From NCBI GenBank assembly GCA_050253075.1, contig JBFWJS010000003.1, positions 85,458 through 149,457 on the forward strand: a stretch of DNA of 64,000 nt, written 5' to 3'. The DNA comes from Deferribacterales bacterium (GTDB lineage: Bacteria > Chrysiogenota > Deferribacteres > Deferribacterales > Geovibrionaceae). Under the pieces are notes generated by a model. The model saw nothing but the letters and a program-made list of their open reading frames with translations, ran no database searches and was not told the origin of the DNA. The position numbers and the translations under genes are program-made. Shown here piece by piece: positions 17,794 through 26,432 of the stretch (position 1 is its first letter; each line of letters starts with the position of its first letter).

Positions 17794-19151
17794 ATCAGAG
17801 GAAGGGTGACACAGACCCTGAGTCCGCCGTCTTTGCCGTTCTCGGCAGTGATATTCCCTTTATGAGCTTCGATGACAGCCTTTGCAATGGCAAGCCCGAG
17901 ACCTGTTCCGCCGGTCTTTCTGTCTCTGTCGGACTGCACCCTGTAAAAGGCGGTGAATATATTGACAAGGTGCTCTTCGGGAACACCGCATCCGTCGTCG
18001 GTAACTTCTATCATAACTTTTCCGTCGGAGGCTTCTGCCTTCAGCGTGACGACGCTTTCAGCGTATTTTATGGCGTTTCTTATAATGTTTTCCAGTGCGC
18101 TTCTCAGCAGTTCGGGGTTTGCGTATATCATGGCGGAGACCACCTCGTCAGAGCGGAGCTCCTTCCCTGTTTCCGCTGCTTCGAATGAGCAGTCTTTTAT
18201 TATGGATTTCAGAATGTTCAGTATGTCGCCTGAATCACCGTGTATGTTATCGCTGGCTTTTATGCGTGATATCTCTATCAGCTTGCCTATCATTTCGTTC
18301 AGCTTTTCTGATTCGTTCTCTATCCTGTCGAGAGCAGGGTGTATGGATTCGTCGGATTTACCCCTTGCCAGTTCCAGAGACAGCCTCAGCCTTGTTAGCG
18401 GAGAGCGGAGCTCGTGGGAGATGTTTCGGAGCATTGTTTCCTGATTTTCACGGTTCATTTCCAGTTTTTCAGCCATTATGTCGAAGTCTTTCGCCAGTAT
18501 GCCTATCTCGTCCCTTGAGTTTACCTTGTCTGATACCCTGACGGAGAAGTCCCCTTCGGCTATCTGTCTGGATGCCTTGCTCAGTGTCAGGAGCGGTTTT
18601 ACAAGGTATCTGACTATGATAATGCTGGCGACGCTCGCCAGTATAAGTATATGCACCAGTATGTTAACATGGTGCCACATTATAGCGGGGATATACGATG
18701 AAGGCTCTGTACCGTTTGGATAGCTGACCAGAACATAGTCCTCGGTACGCAGCAGGCGGACGATACCGCTGTCTTCGTTCTCAGACATCTTTTTTATAAG
18801 GACCAGCTTCCCGTCGGACATCTCAGCGAGCAGATCATTTATCATCGGAGGATAGCTCTGTCCGTCCACTTCATTGTTGTCTTTGTCAAAGATGTATATA
18901 TCTATGCCCAGCTTTTTCTCTGCCTCGGCGATAAGCTCTCTTATCTGTTCTTTGTCGTTGTCTTTGGCTGCGGTGCGTATGTCCTTATACAGGCTCTTTT
19001 CGATGTCGCGCTTAGCCATTTTATAGAATGTGTCTCTGTTGTCGGGGTTGCCCAGCATAAAGAACACTATAGGGGTAATAGCGAAGAGCATGAGTATGCT
19101 CCACAGTCCTAAAAATATTTTAAAGAAGAGTCCTCTGGGATTTATTTTCAA
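17790..19151 (-). CDS. Sensor histidine kinase, CpxA-like
   Basis: HAMP, ISHELRSPL, ENIIRNAIKY, RDRKTGGTGLGL; TTG start overlaps regulator stop. Confidence 0.92.
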   Translation of the reverse strand: MKINPRGLFFKIFLGLWSILMLFAITPIVFFMLGNPDNRDTFYKMAKRDIEKSLYKDIRTAAKDNDKEQIRELIAEAEKKLGIDIYIFDKDNNEVDGQSYPPMINDLLAEMSDGKLVLIKKMSENEDSGIVRLLRTEDYVLVSYPNGTEPSSYIPAIMWHHVNILVHILILASVASIIIVRYLVKPLLTLSKASRQIAEGDFSVRVSDKVNSRDEIGILAKDFDIMAEKLEMNRENQETMLRNISHELRSPLTRLRLSLELARGKSDESIHPALDRIENESEKLNEMIGKLIEISRIKASDNIHGDSGDILNILKSIIKDCSFEAAETGKELRSDEVVSAMIYANPELLRSALENIIRNAIKYAESVVTLKAEASDGKVMIEVTDDGCGVPEEHLVNIFTAFYRVQSDRDRKTGGTGLGLAIAKAVIEAHKGNITAENGKDGGLRVCVTLPLI

Positions 19152-19840
19152 GAGTCTGTCTCCGTCAGAAGCTGATATCCTGCCCCTCTGATGCTTTTGA
19201 CAACATCCGGGTCGGATGCTTTTTTCCTGATATTGCTGATGTGTACGTCTATGCTGCGGTCGAATGAGGACAGCTCTCTGCCCAGAACTTTCTCGGCTAT
19301 CTCTTCACGTGTGACCACCTGTCCGATGTTTCTGGCGAGGAGTTCCAGTATGTTAAACTCCACAACGGTGAGCCCTAGCGGTTCGCCCTTGTATGAGGCT
19401 GTGAGCCTGCCTGTGTCTAGTACAAAGCTGCCCGTGCGCAATGTTTCGCTCTGTGCGGGTGCGCCCTTCGGAGCGACAGACCTGCGTAGTATCGCCTTTA
19501 TCCTTGCGAGGAGTTCACGAGGGTTATAAGGCTTCGGCAGATAATCGTCTGCCCCCATTTCCAGCCCGAGTATCTTGTCGATGTCGTCCCCTTTGGCTGT
19601 GAGCATGAGTATAGGCGTCGTCTTTTCTTTGCGTATTGCCTTTAAAACGTCGAATCCGCCCATTCCGGGGAGCATGACATCCAGTATGATCAGGTCGAAA
19701 TCCTGAGAAAGGACAGTTTCGGCACCCTCTGCGCCGTTGTGTACGGCTTTTATACCGTAGCCCTCGGTGGCGAGATATTCCGCCAGCAGTTCACAAAGTT
19801 CTATATCGTCGTCGATTACTAATATTTTGCTATTTTCCAT
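19148..19840 (-). CDS. OmpR-family response regulator, CpxR-like
   Basis: ILVIDDD, LDVMLP, GLEMGADDYLPKP, FDRSIDVHISNIRKK, IRGAGY. Confidence 0.93.
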   Translation of the reverse strand: MENSKILVIDDDIELCELLAEYLATEGYGIKAVHNGAEGAETVLSQDFDLIILDVMLPGMGGFDVLKAIRKEKTTPILMLTAKGDDIDKILGLEMGADDYLPKPYNPRELLARIKAILRRSVAPKGAPAQSETLRTGSFVLDTGRLTASYKGEPLGLTVVEFNILELLARNIGQVVTREEIAEKVLGRELSSFDRSIDVHISNIRKKASDPDVVKSIRGAGYQLLTETDS

Positions 19841-19904
19841 ACTGTATAATATATAATATTCGAGATAAATTCCTGTTAATTTCTGAAAAGTTTGAGTTTC
19901 TTTA

Positions 19905-19919
19905 CTTACAAAACTTTAC
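19905..19919 (-). promoter_or_regulatory. CpxR-type box GTAAA-N5-GTAAG
   Basis: Plus strand CTTAC-AAAAC-TTTAC between the divergent regulator and RND operons. Confidence 0.6.
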
Positions 19920-19995
19920 ACTTCTAAGTTATTATTTAACAGTAATTTCATACGAATGATAGTATGTTATTAAAATTAAAATGACGGAGAGAAAT

Positions 19996-21426
19996 ATGGC
20001 TTTGCGCTTTATCAGATATACGGCCTGCGTCTGCCTCATAGCAGTGCTTGCCGGCTGTGCATCTACAGGTAACGAAATCTCCAAAGAAAAACTAAATGAA
20101 AATATGAAAATATCCGACACATTTACCTATTCCGGAGAGGGTGAATACGGCGAGAAGTGGTGGGAGATATTTAATAACTCTGAGCTGAACGGGCTGATGG
20201 AGCAGATGTTTGAAAACAACTATAACATCGCAGGCTCTTACGAAGGGCTGAAAGCCCTGCAGGCGGCTCTGGGTATCAGCCGTGCGGACAGGCTGCCTTC
20301 TGTCGATGCAGGAGCGCAGGCGGGCGAGACATACAGTACGAGCAGCACGGGCGAAAGAAAATGGCGTGAAGGCTATGAGATATCCCTCACTGCTTCATAC
20401 GAGGCGGACATATGGGGGAGGATAAAGGCTGCCACAGAGTCCGACAGGCTGGCGCTTGTGTCGGGCAGATATGATGTGCAGACCCTTTATATGACACTCA
20501 CTGCGGAGCTCGCAGACAGATATTTCCTTTATAAATCTCTCGCATCCGTGCTGAAGATGCAGCGTGAGATGCTGGAACTCAGACAAAAGCAGATTTCATC
20601 GCTGGAGATGATGTATTCATCGGGCATAGGCTCGCTGGATGTTATATATACTTATCAGACAAACATAGCAGACCTCATGGAATCCATGACGGAGACAAGG
20701 CAGTCCATGCGTGACGCAAAGCTCCAGATGGCTCTGCTGATGGGGTATAACGACCCTGCGATGGTTGAGATATCCGATAAATATAACCTAGATATACCTT
20801 TTCTGCCGAAGGTGATACCGTCCGACGTGGCAGAGAAGAGACCGGATATACGCTCGGCATATGCGCTGGTGCTTCAGGCTGACAGAAATGTCGCCGAGGC
20901 AATGGCAAACAGGTATCCGAAGCTCAGCTTTTCCGCATCTGCGGCGTATAACGGCGACGAGCTCTCAAACCTCGTGACACCTGAAAACTTTGTGGCGAAC
21001 CTCATAGCTAACCTCACAATGCCGCTATTTGATGCGGGTAAACTTTCCAATCAGCAAAAACAGCGTGAATTCCTCTATAAACAGGAGATCTATTCATATT
21101 ATCAGACAGTGCTGGAAGCTCTGAACGAGGTGAGCGGATCCCTCGAGGATAATATGCAGAACGAACAGGCACTTCTGCTCAGTCAGCAAAAGGTGAGCAT
21201 AGAAGAGAATAGACTGCAGGTATCAAAGATGAAATACGAAATGGGGATACTCAGCTATTCCGACGTGATAGACGACCAGATAGGTCTGCTGTCTGCATGG
21301 CTCACAGAAGTGAATGCAAGACGCAGCCTCATCAGCTCCCGCATAGAACTGGCTAGAAGCACAGGCGGAAGCTGGACAGACGAAGAGATAGATAACAGAC
21401 TTTCAAGCTCACAGGAGACAAAATAA
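19996..21426 (+). CDS. RND efflux outer-membrane factor lipoprotein (NodT/TolC family)
   Basis: GGAG RBS before MALRF; lipobox LAGC; WWEIFN, SYEADIWG, RPDI, YPKLSFS. Confidence 0.9.
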   Translation: MALRFIRYTACVCLIAVLAGCASTGNEISKEKLNENMKISDTFTYSGEGEYGEKWWEIFNNSELNGLMEQMFENNYNIAGSYEGLKALQAALGISRADRLPSVDAGAQAGETYSTSSTGERKWREGYEISLTASYEADIWGRIKAATESDRLALVSGRYDVQTLYMTLTAELADRYFLYKSLASVLKMQREMLELRQKQISSLEMMYSSGIGSLDVIYTYQTNIADLMESMTETRQSMRDAKLQMALLMGYNDPAMVEISDKYNLDIPFLPKVIPSDVAEKRPDIRSAYALVLQADRNVAEAMANRYPKLSFSASAAYNGDELSNLVTPENFVANLIANLTMPLFDAGKLSNQQKQREFLYKQEIYSYYQTVLEALNEVSGSLEDNMQNEQALLLSQQKVSIEENRLQVSKMKYEMGILSYSDVIDDQIGLLSAWLTEVNARRSLISSRIELARSTGGSWTDEEIDNRLSSSQETK

Positions 21427-22631
21427 TGACGAAGACCATCATTAAAATAACAGTGCCTATCATTGTATTACTCTTATCTTTCGGCTTTTATCAGTGGCAG
21501 ATGAGTAATAAGCCCGAGCCGAAGAAGCGTGATAAGCAGAAAGTGATACCCATTGTGCGTACTTCTCCTGCGGAGCTTGTGGAAGGATACAGATATCAGG
21601 TGAGCGGATTCGGCGTTGTAGAGCCTGCGGGCGAGCTCGCCATTGAGTCTGAGGTGACAGGAAAGGTCATCTGGATGAGTGACAAGATGAAATCAGGCGG
21701 GATGTTCAAAAAGAACGAGTGGATGTACCGCATAGACGATACTGACTATAAAGCTGCCCTCGACTCGGCAGTTTCCGGACTGAGGAGCGCAGAGCTCTCC
21801 CTGAAACAGATAGAGGAAGAGGCGGCCATCTCTATGAAAGAATGGGAGATATGGAACCAGTCAGGCGACACACCGAAAAAGGCAAGCCCTCTGGTAAGCT
21901 ATGAACCTCAGCTCGAAGCCGCCAGAGCCGCTGTGCAGTCTGCGCAGTCTGCCGTGGTGAGTGCACAGTCCGACCTTGCAAAGGTTGTGTATAAAGCTCC
22001 CTTTGACTGCATAGTGACAGAGGAATCCATAGAACACGGAAAGATAATACGCACCGGCGATAACGGCGGTACGATAGTCCGCACGGACAGATACGAAGTA
22101 TATGTGCCGATAGCGGCGAAGGATGCCATAAAGCTGAAATTCTCCGAAGATCAGAAGATGGCTTCCGACGGATATATAGAGCTGGCAGAAGGTAAAAATG
22201 CGTGGAAATGGGTCATATACGCAGAAAGACTGCTCCCTTCCGCCGATGAGGCGACAGGCATGCTGAACGCTGTGCTTGTGGTGCCTGATCCATTTGATAC
22301 GGAAGACGGCTCACGCCCTATGCTCCCCATCGGAGCCAGCATCAGAGGCGTGATAAACAATAAAGATAAGAAAGACATGATACGCATCCCAGACCAGTCA
22401 CTGAGAGAAGGGAACATCGTATGGGTACTGACAAACGAAGACACTGTCGACATGCGCAGAGTAAAGATATCCGAGAGCAGAGGCGACTATGTGTATATAG
22501 AGGAAGGCATATCCGAAGGGGAGAACATCATCGTCTCCGACCTGCAGGGAGCCATCGAAGGGATGACAGTCACAACAGGCGTGAACAAACCGAAAGCTGA
22601 GAAGAAAGGTGAGAATGGGGGTGCACAGTGA
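21426..22631 (+). CDS. RND efflux periplasmic adaptor (MFP)
   Basis: N-terminal TM, SEVTGKV lipoyl half, helical hairpin, KAPFDC. Confidence 0.9.
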   Translation: MTKTIIKITVPIIVLLLSFGFYQWQMSNKPEPKKRDKQKVIPIVRTSPAELVEGYRYQVSGFGVVEPAGELAIESEVTGKVIWMSDKMKSGGMFKKNEWMYRIDDTDYKAALDSAVSGLRSAELSLKQIEEEAAISMKEWEIWNQSGDTPKKASPLVSYEPQLEAARAAVQSAQSAVVSAQSDLAKVVYKAPFDCIVTEESIEHGKIIRTGDNGGTIVRTDRYEVYVPIAAKDAIKLKFSEDQKMASDGYIELAEGKNAWKWVIYAERLLPSADEATGMLNAVLVVPDPFDTEDGSRPMLPIGASIRGVINNKDKKDMIRIPDQSLREGNIVWVLTNEDTVDMRRVKISESRGDYVYIEEGISEGENIIVSDLQGAIEGMTVTTGVNKPKAEKKGENGGAQ

Positions 22632-25600
22632 GTCCAAGAGGACCTATCGCATGGATAACCAATAACCATGTCGCTGCGAACCTTCTCATGTTCTTCCTGC
22701 TGGTGGGAGGCTTCATCACCTTCACCACTATGAAGACAGAAGTGTTCCCCAGCATCGATATGGACGAGGTGTCTATATCCGTGTCATACCCGGGTGCATC
22801 ACCTTCTGAGGTTGTGGAGGGTGTGATACTCGTTGTGGAAGACGCCGTGAGCTCCCTCGAATGGACCGATAAGGTCACATCCGTGGCGAGAGAAGGGAGC
22901 GGGACCGTCACCGTGGAGCTTGTGGAAGGGACAGACCGTCAGCTCGCATATCAGGATATAAAGGCGGAGATAGACAGGATAACCACTTTCCCCGATGAAG
23001 CGGAAGACCCTGTGGTATCGCTTTCCAGCCGTAAGAGATCCGTTGTGGATGTTACGGTGTACGGCGATGTGCCCGAGCTGGAGCTCAGGTATTATGCCGA
23101 CCTTTTCAGGCAGAACCTGCTGAACAATGAGAACATTACGCTGGCAGACTATGCATACACCATAAAAGATAAAGAGATACGCATAAAGATATCTGAGAAC
23201 GATCTCAGAAAATATTCGCTGACCCTTGCGGACGTGGCGAATAAGATAGCAGCCACATCCGTAGACCTCCCTGTCGGTTCGCTGGACAGAGAGCAGGGCG
23301 AGCTCGTACTCAGGATGAAAGATAAAAGATATACAGGACTCGAGTATGCCGACATTCCGATAGTTTCGGGGGCGGATACGGGGACTATTCTCCTCGGCGA
23401 CATAGCCGAGATAAACGAAGGCTTCGAGGATGCAGACATCATCGAAACATTCAACGGAAAGCAGGGTCTTACCATCAGGGTCTACCGTGTGGGTAAGCAG
23501 ACCCCCGACAGCATATCCAAAGCTGTGAAACAGACCATAGAGGACACAGAGCTGACCATTCCGGACAAGGTCAAGATAGCTGTCTGGGACGACGACTCCG
23601 AGCTGCTCCAGAGCAGGCTTGATCTGCTTATGAGAAACGCCGCTCTCGGCCTCGCACTTGTGCTGGTGATACTTGCGGTATTCCTCGAGTTCAAGCTCGC
23701 CATATGGGTGGCTATGGGTATTCCTATATCATTCTTCGGCGCAGTGATGATACTCCCGCATCTGGGGGTTTCTATAAATATGATAAGCTCATTTGCATTC
23801 ATACTCGCACTGGGTATTGTTGTGGATGATGCCATTGTCGTCGGGGAGAACATACATGCCCACCGTATGATGGGTAAATCGAGATATCAGGCTGCCGTGG
23901 ATGGCGTGCACGAGGTTCTCGGTGCCGTTACATTCTCAGTACTGACGACTGTTACTGCTTTCCTGCCGCTTCTATTCATCGAAGGACCTATGAAGCTCCT
24001 TATGACTGTTATCCCTTATGTGGTTATATCTGTTCTGGTGCTTTCACTGCTGGAATCTTTCTTCATCCTGCCTGCTCACCTGAACAGTAAGGACAAGCCG
24101 AAAAAAGAGCGCAGATTTTCCCTCGGCATCAGGCAGAAGATACGTGACGGGCTCGATTTCTTCATAAACGTAATTTACGGCAAGTTTATGATAAAAGTCA
24201 TAAATTACAGATACGTCACCATCGCCGTATTTATCGGTCTGGTTATCATGACATACGGAGAGATCAAGTCGGGCAACATGCGCTTCACCTTCATGCCGAA
24301 GGTGGAAAGGGATGTTATCCGTGTGACCATCAGCATGCCCGAAGGGACTACTATAGAAAAACTGCAGAGAGTCATAAACCATATCAACGAGAGAGCAAAA
24401 GTCACCGACGATATGGTGCGTAAAGAGACGGGCTTTGACAAATCATACATAGACTATGTGATAACAGGTGCCGCCAGCGGATCCAGCGGACGTGTCAGCG
24501 TAGCTCTGCTCCCTTCGGAGGAGCGGGACATCAGCACCACAAAGTTCGAACAGCTCCTCAGGAAGAATGTCGGATACGTGCAGGGTGTCGAGTCAATAAT
24601 ATATACATCCAGCGGTCTCAGGTTCGGAGATAATATTAATGTACGCTATGCTCACTCGGATGAAGAGATACTGACAAAAGTCTCTGACGAGATGAAGGAT
24701 GCTCTCACCGGATACGACGGCGTGACAGATATAGAGGATACTTTCGACAGGGGTAAGAAGGAGATAATCTTCCGTGTGAACGACCTCGGAAAGAAATACG
24801 GACTGACGAACGAAGAGATAGGACGTCAGGTCAGGGCAGCATTCTACGGCGTAGAGGCGCTTAAGTATCAGCGTGGACTGGACGAGGTTACTGTCAGGGT
24901 GGAATATCCTGAAAACGAAAAAACCGGTCTGGAAAACCTGATGCAGATGCATATAAAGACATCCACAGGGATGGAGATACCATTCTATATGGTTGCAGAG
25001 TATGAACGCGGGCAGGGGCTCGCTACCATAAACCGTACAGACCGAAAGCAGGTTGTGAACGTTACGGCTTCCACAGAGGCGAAAGCCAATCCGACAGAGA
25101 TAATGAACAAACTGACGGAAACTCTGCTGCCTGAGCAGATGGCGCTGTATCCGGGGCTTTCATGGAAATTTGAAGGCGAGGAAGAGCGCAGACAGGAATC
25201 GATAGGAGGGATAGTGAAGTTTATCCCCGTGGCTATGCTGGCGATGTATGCGCTGCTTGCCGTACCTTTCCGCAGCTATATTCAGCCTGTTATAGTGCTT
25301 ACTGCCATACCTTTTGGTCTGGCGGGAGCTGTGTGGGGGCATATGCTTATGGGCTTTGATATATCCATGATGAGTATATTCGGCATGGTGGCTGTTGCGG
25401 GGGTTGTCGTGAATGACTCGCTGGTCTTGGTGGACTTTATAAATAAGTTCGTGGATAAAACACATATGAGCACGGCGACCGTCATAGAGGCGGCAAAGCG
25501 AAGGTTCAGGCCTATCCTTATGACGTCGCTTACGACATTCTTCGGTCTCTTTCCTATGATACTGGAGAAGTCCACGCACGCTAAGTTTCTCGTGCCTATG

Positions 25601-25699
25601 GCTGTATCTCTCGCATTCGGAGTGCTCTTTACCACATTCGTGGCGCTCATCCTTGTGCCGTGTATTTATATGGTAATAGAAGACATCAAAAAAATATAA
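22628..25699 (+). CDS. RND efflux permease (AcrB/AcrD/AcrF family)
   Basis: 1023 aa; GIVVDDAIVVGEN, RFRPILMTSLTT. Confidence 0.95.
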   Translation: MSPRGPIAWITNNHVAANLLMFFLLVGGFITFTTMKTEVFPSIDMDEVSISVSYPGASPSEVVEGVILVVEDAVSSLEWTDKVTSVAREGSGTVTVELVEGTDRQLAYQDIKAEIDRITTFPDEAEDPVVSLSSRKRSVVDVTVYGDVPELELRYYADLFRQNLLNNENITLADYAYTIKDKEIRIKISENDLRKYSLTLADVANKIAATSVDLPVGSLDREQGELVLRMKDKRYTGLEYADIPIVSGADTGTILLGDIAEINEGFEDADIIETFNGKQGLTIRVYRVGKQTPDSISKAVKQTIEDTELTIPDKVKIAVWDDDSELLQSRLDLLMRNAALGLALVLVILAVFLEFKLAIWVAMGIPISFFGAVMILPHLGVSINMISSFAFILALGIVVDDAIVVGENIHAHRMMGKSRYQAAVDGVHEVLGAVTFSVLTTVTAFLPLLFIEGPMKLLMTVIPYVVISVLVLSLLESFFILPAHLNSKDKPKKERRFSLGIRQKIRDGLDFFINVIYGKFMIKVINYRYVTIAVFIGLVIMTYGEIKSGNMRFTFMPKVERDVIRVTISMPEGTTIEKLQRVINHINERAKVTDDMVRKETGFDKSYIDYVITGAASGSSGRVSVALLPSEERDISTTKFEQLLRKNVGYVQGVESIIYTSSGLRFGDNINVRYAHSDEEILTKVSDEMKDALTGYDGVTDIEDTFDRGKKEIIFRVNDLGKKYGLTNEEIGRQVRAAFYGVEALKYQRGLDEVTVRVEYPENEKTGLENLMQMHIKTSTGMEIPFYMVAEYERGQGLATINRTDRKQVVNVTASTEAKANPTEIMNKLTETLLPEQMALYPGLSWKFEGEEERRQESIGGIVKFIPVAMLAMYALLAVPFRSYIQPVIVLTAIPFGLAGAVWGHMLMGFDISMMSIFGMVAVAGVVVNDSLVLVDFINKFVDKTHMSTATVIEAAKRRFRPILMTSLTTFFGLFPMILEKSTHAKFLVPMAVSLAFGVLFTTFVALILVPCIYMVIEDIKKI

Positions 25700-25704
25700 A
25701 TAAA

Positions 25705-25736
25705 GCCCCGAAAGTTCATTCTGTTTCTTTCGGGGC
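25705..25736 (+). terminator. Terminator-like hairpin after the RND operon
   Basis: GCCCCGAAAG...CTTTCGGGGC. Confidence 0.65.
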
Positions 25737-26265
25737 AACCTTTTCAAATTATATCTAATTTTAACCTATAATTATGCTGCTTTACTATATTTATTTGATA
25801 GATAAATCTTTGTAAATATATGCCATATAATAACTAAATCTACATTTAACAGGGATATGAATATTTAGATATATTTAAATCTATATGTTTGTTAATATTC
25901 TTATGTTTGGTAAAAACCTATAAAATTAAAGCACATAGGCTCATAAAATGTTAATTTTTATGTGACATGTGTTCAAAACTTGTAAACCTTACAAAAGCAG
26001 TCATTTGGTCTTTATTAGCACTATCTGGGTTTTAGCTGAGAAAAAAACGAAAAAAATTTCATTTTACCAGTTTGGGGATACTGAACTTAAACGAAAAAAT
26101 TATACATATGTTCAAGAATTCGAATTTTTGAATGTATGCCTTTTTTTCCTTTAGTACCCGTGTATTTCAACTGTTATGGACATGTGTTCAATTTAGATAT
26201 ACTAAACTGATTTTGTTTTTATGAGCTCGCAAGACATTTTTTGGCACTACAAAGTTAAGTTTGCT

Positions 26266-26293
26266 TTGACATGTCAGGCGATTTGATTATAAT
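26266..26293 (+). promoter_or_regulatory. Consensus sigma-70 promoter of the decaheme cytochrome gene
   Basis: TTGACA (26266-71)-16-TATAAT (26288-93); palindrome TGACATGTCA overlaps the -35. Confidence 0.75.
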
Positions 26294-26432
26294 TACGTAA
26301 TAGGATTAGAATTAATTATCAGGAGACTAATCCGAAAGTGAGACCTGTTAACTTGCGTTGCTTAGTCTTTAGACAGATTTGTAGAAACAAAGTTCAGGTT
26401 AAACGTAGGAGACATAAATAAAGGAGGAACAT

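Noticed and set aside
25969..26154. 61-aa ORF in the intergenic region
   Set aside because: No RBS, AT-rich, no recognisable motif; overlaps probable regulatory repeats.
26241..26258. Sigma-54 promoter at TTGGCAC upstream of the decaheme gene
   Set aside because: No GC at the -12 position.
26300..26432. c-di-GMP/cGAMP (GEMM-I) riboswitch ahead of the cytochrome
   Set aside because: I cannot find the characteristic GEMM-I conserved motifs; kept only as a generic structured leader.
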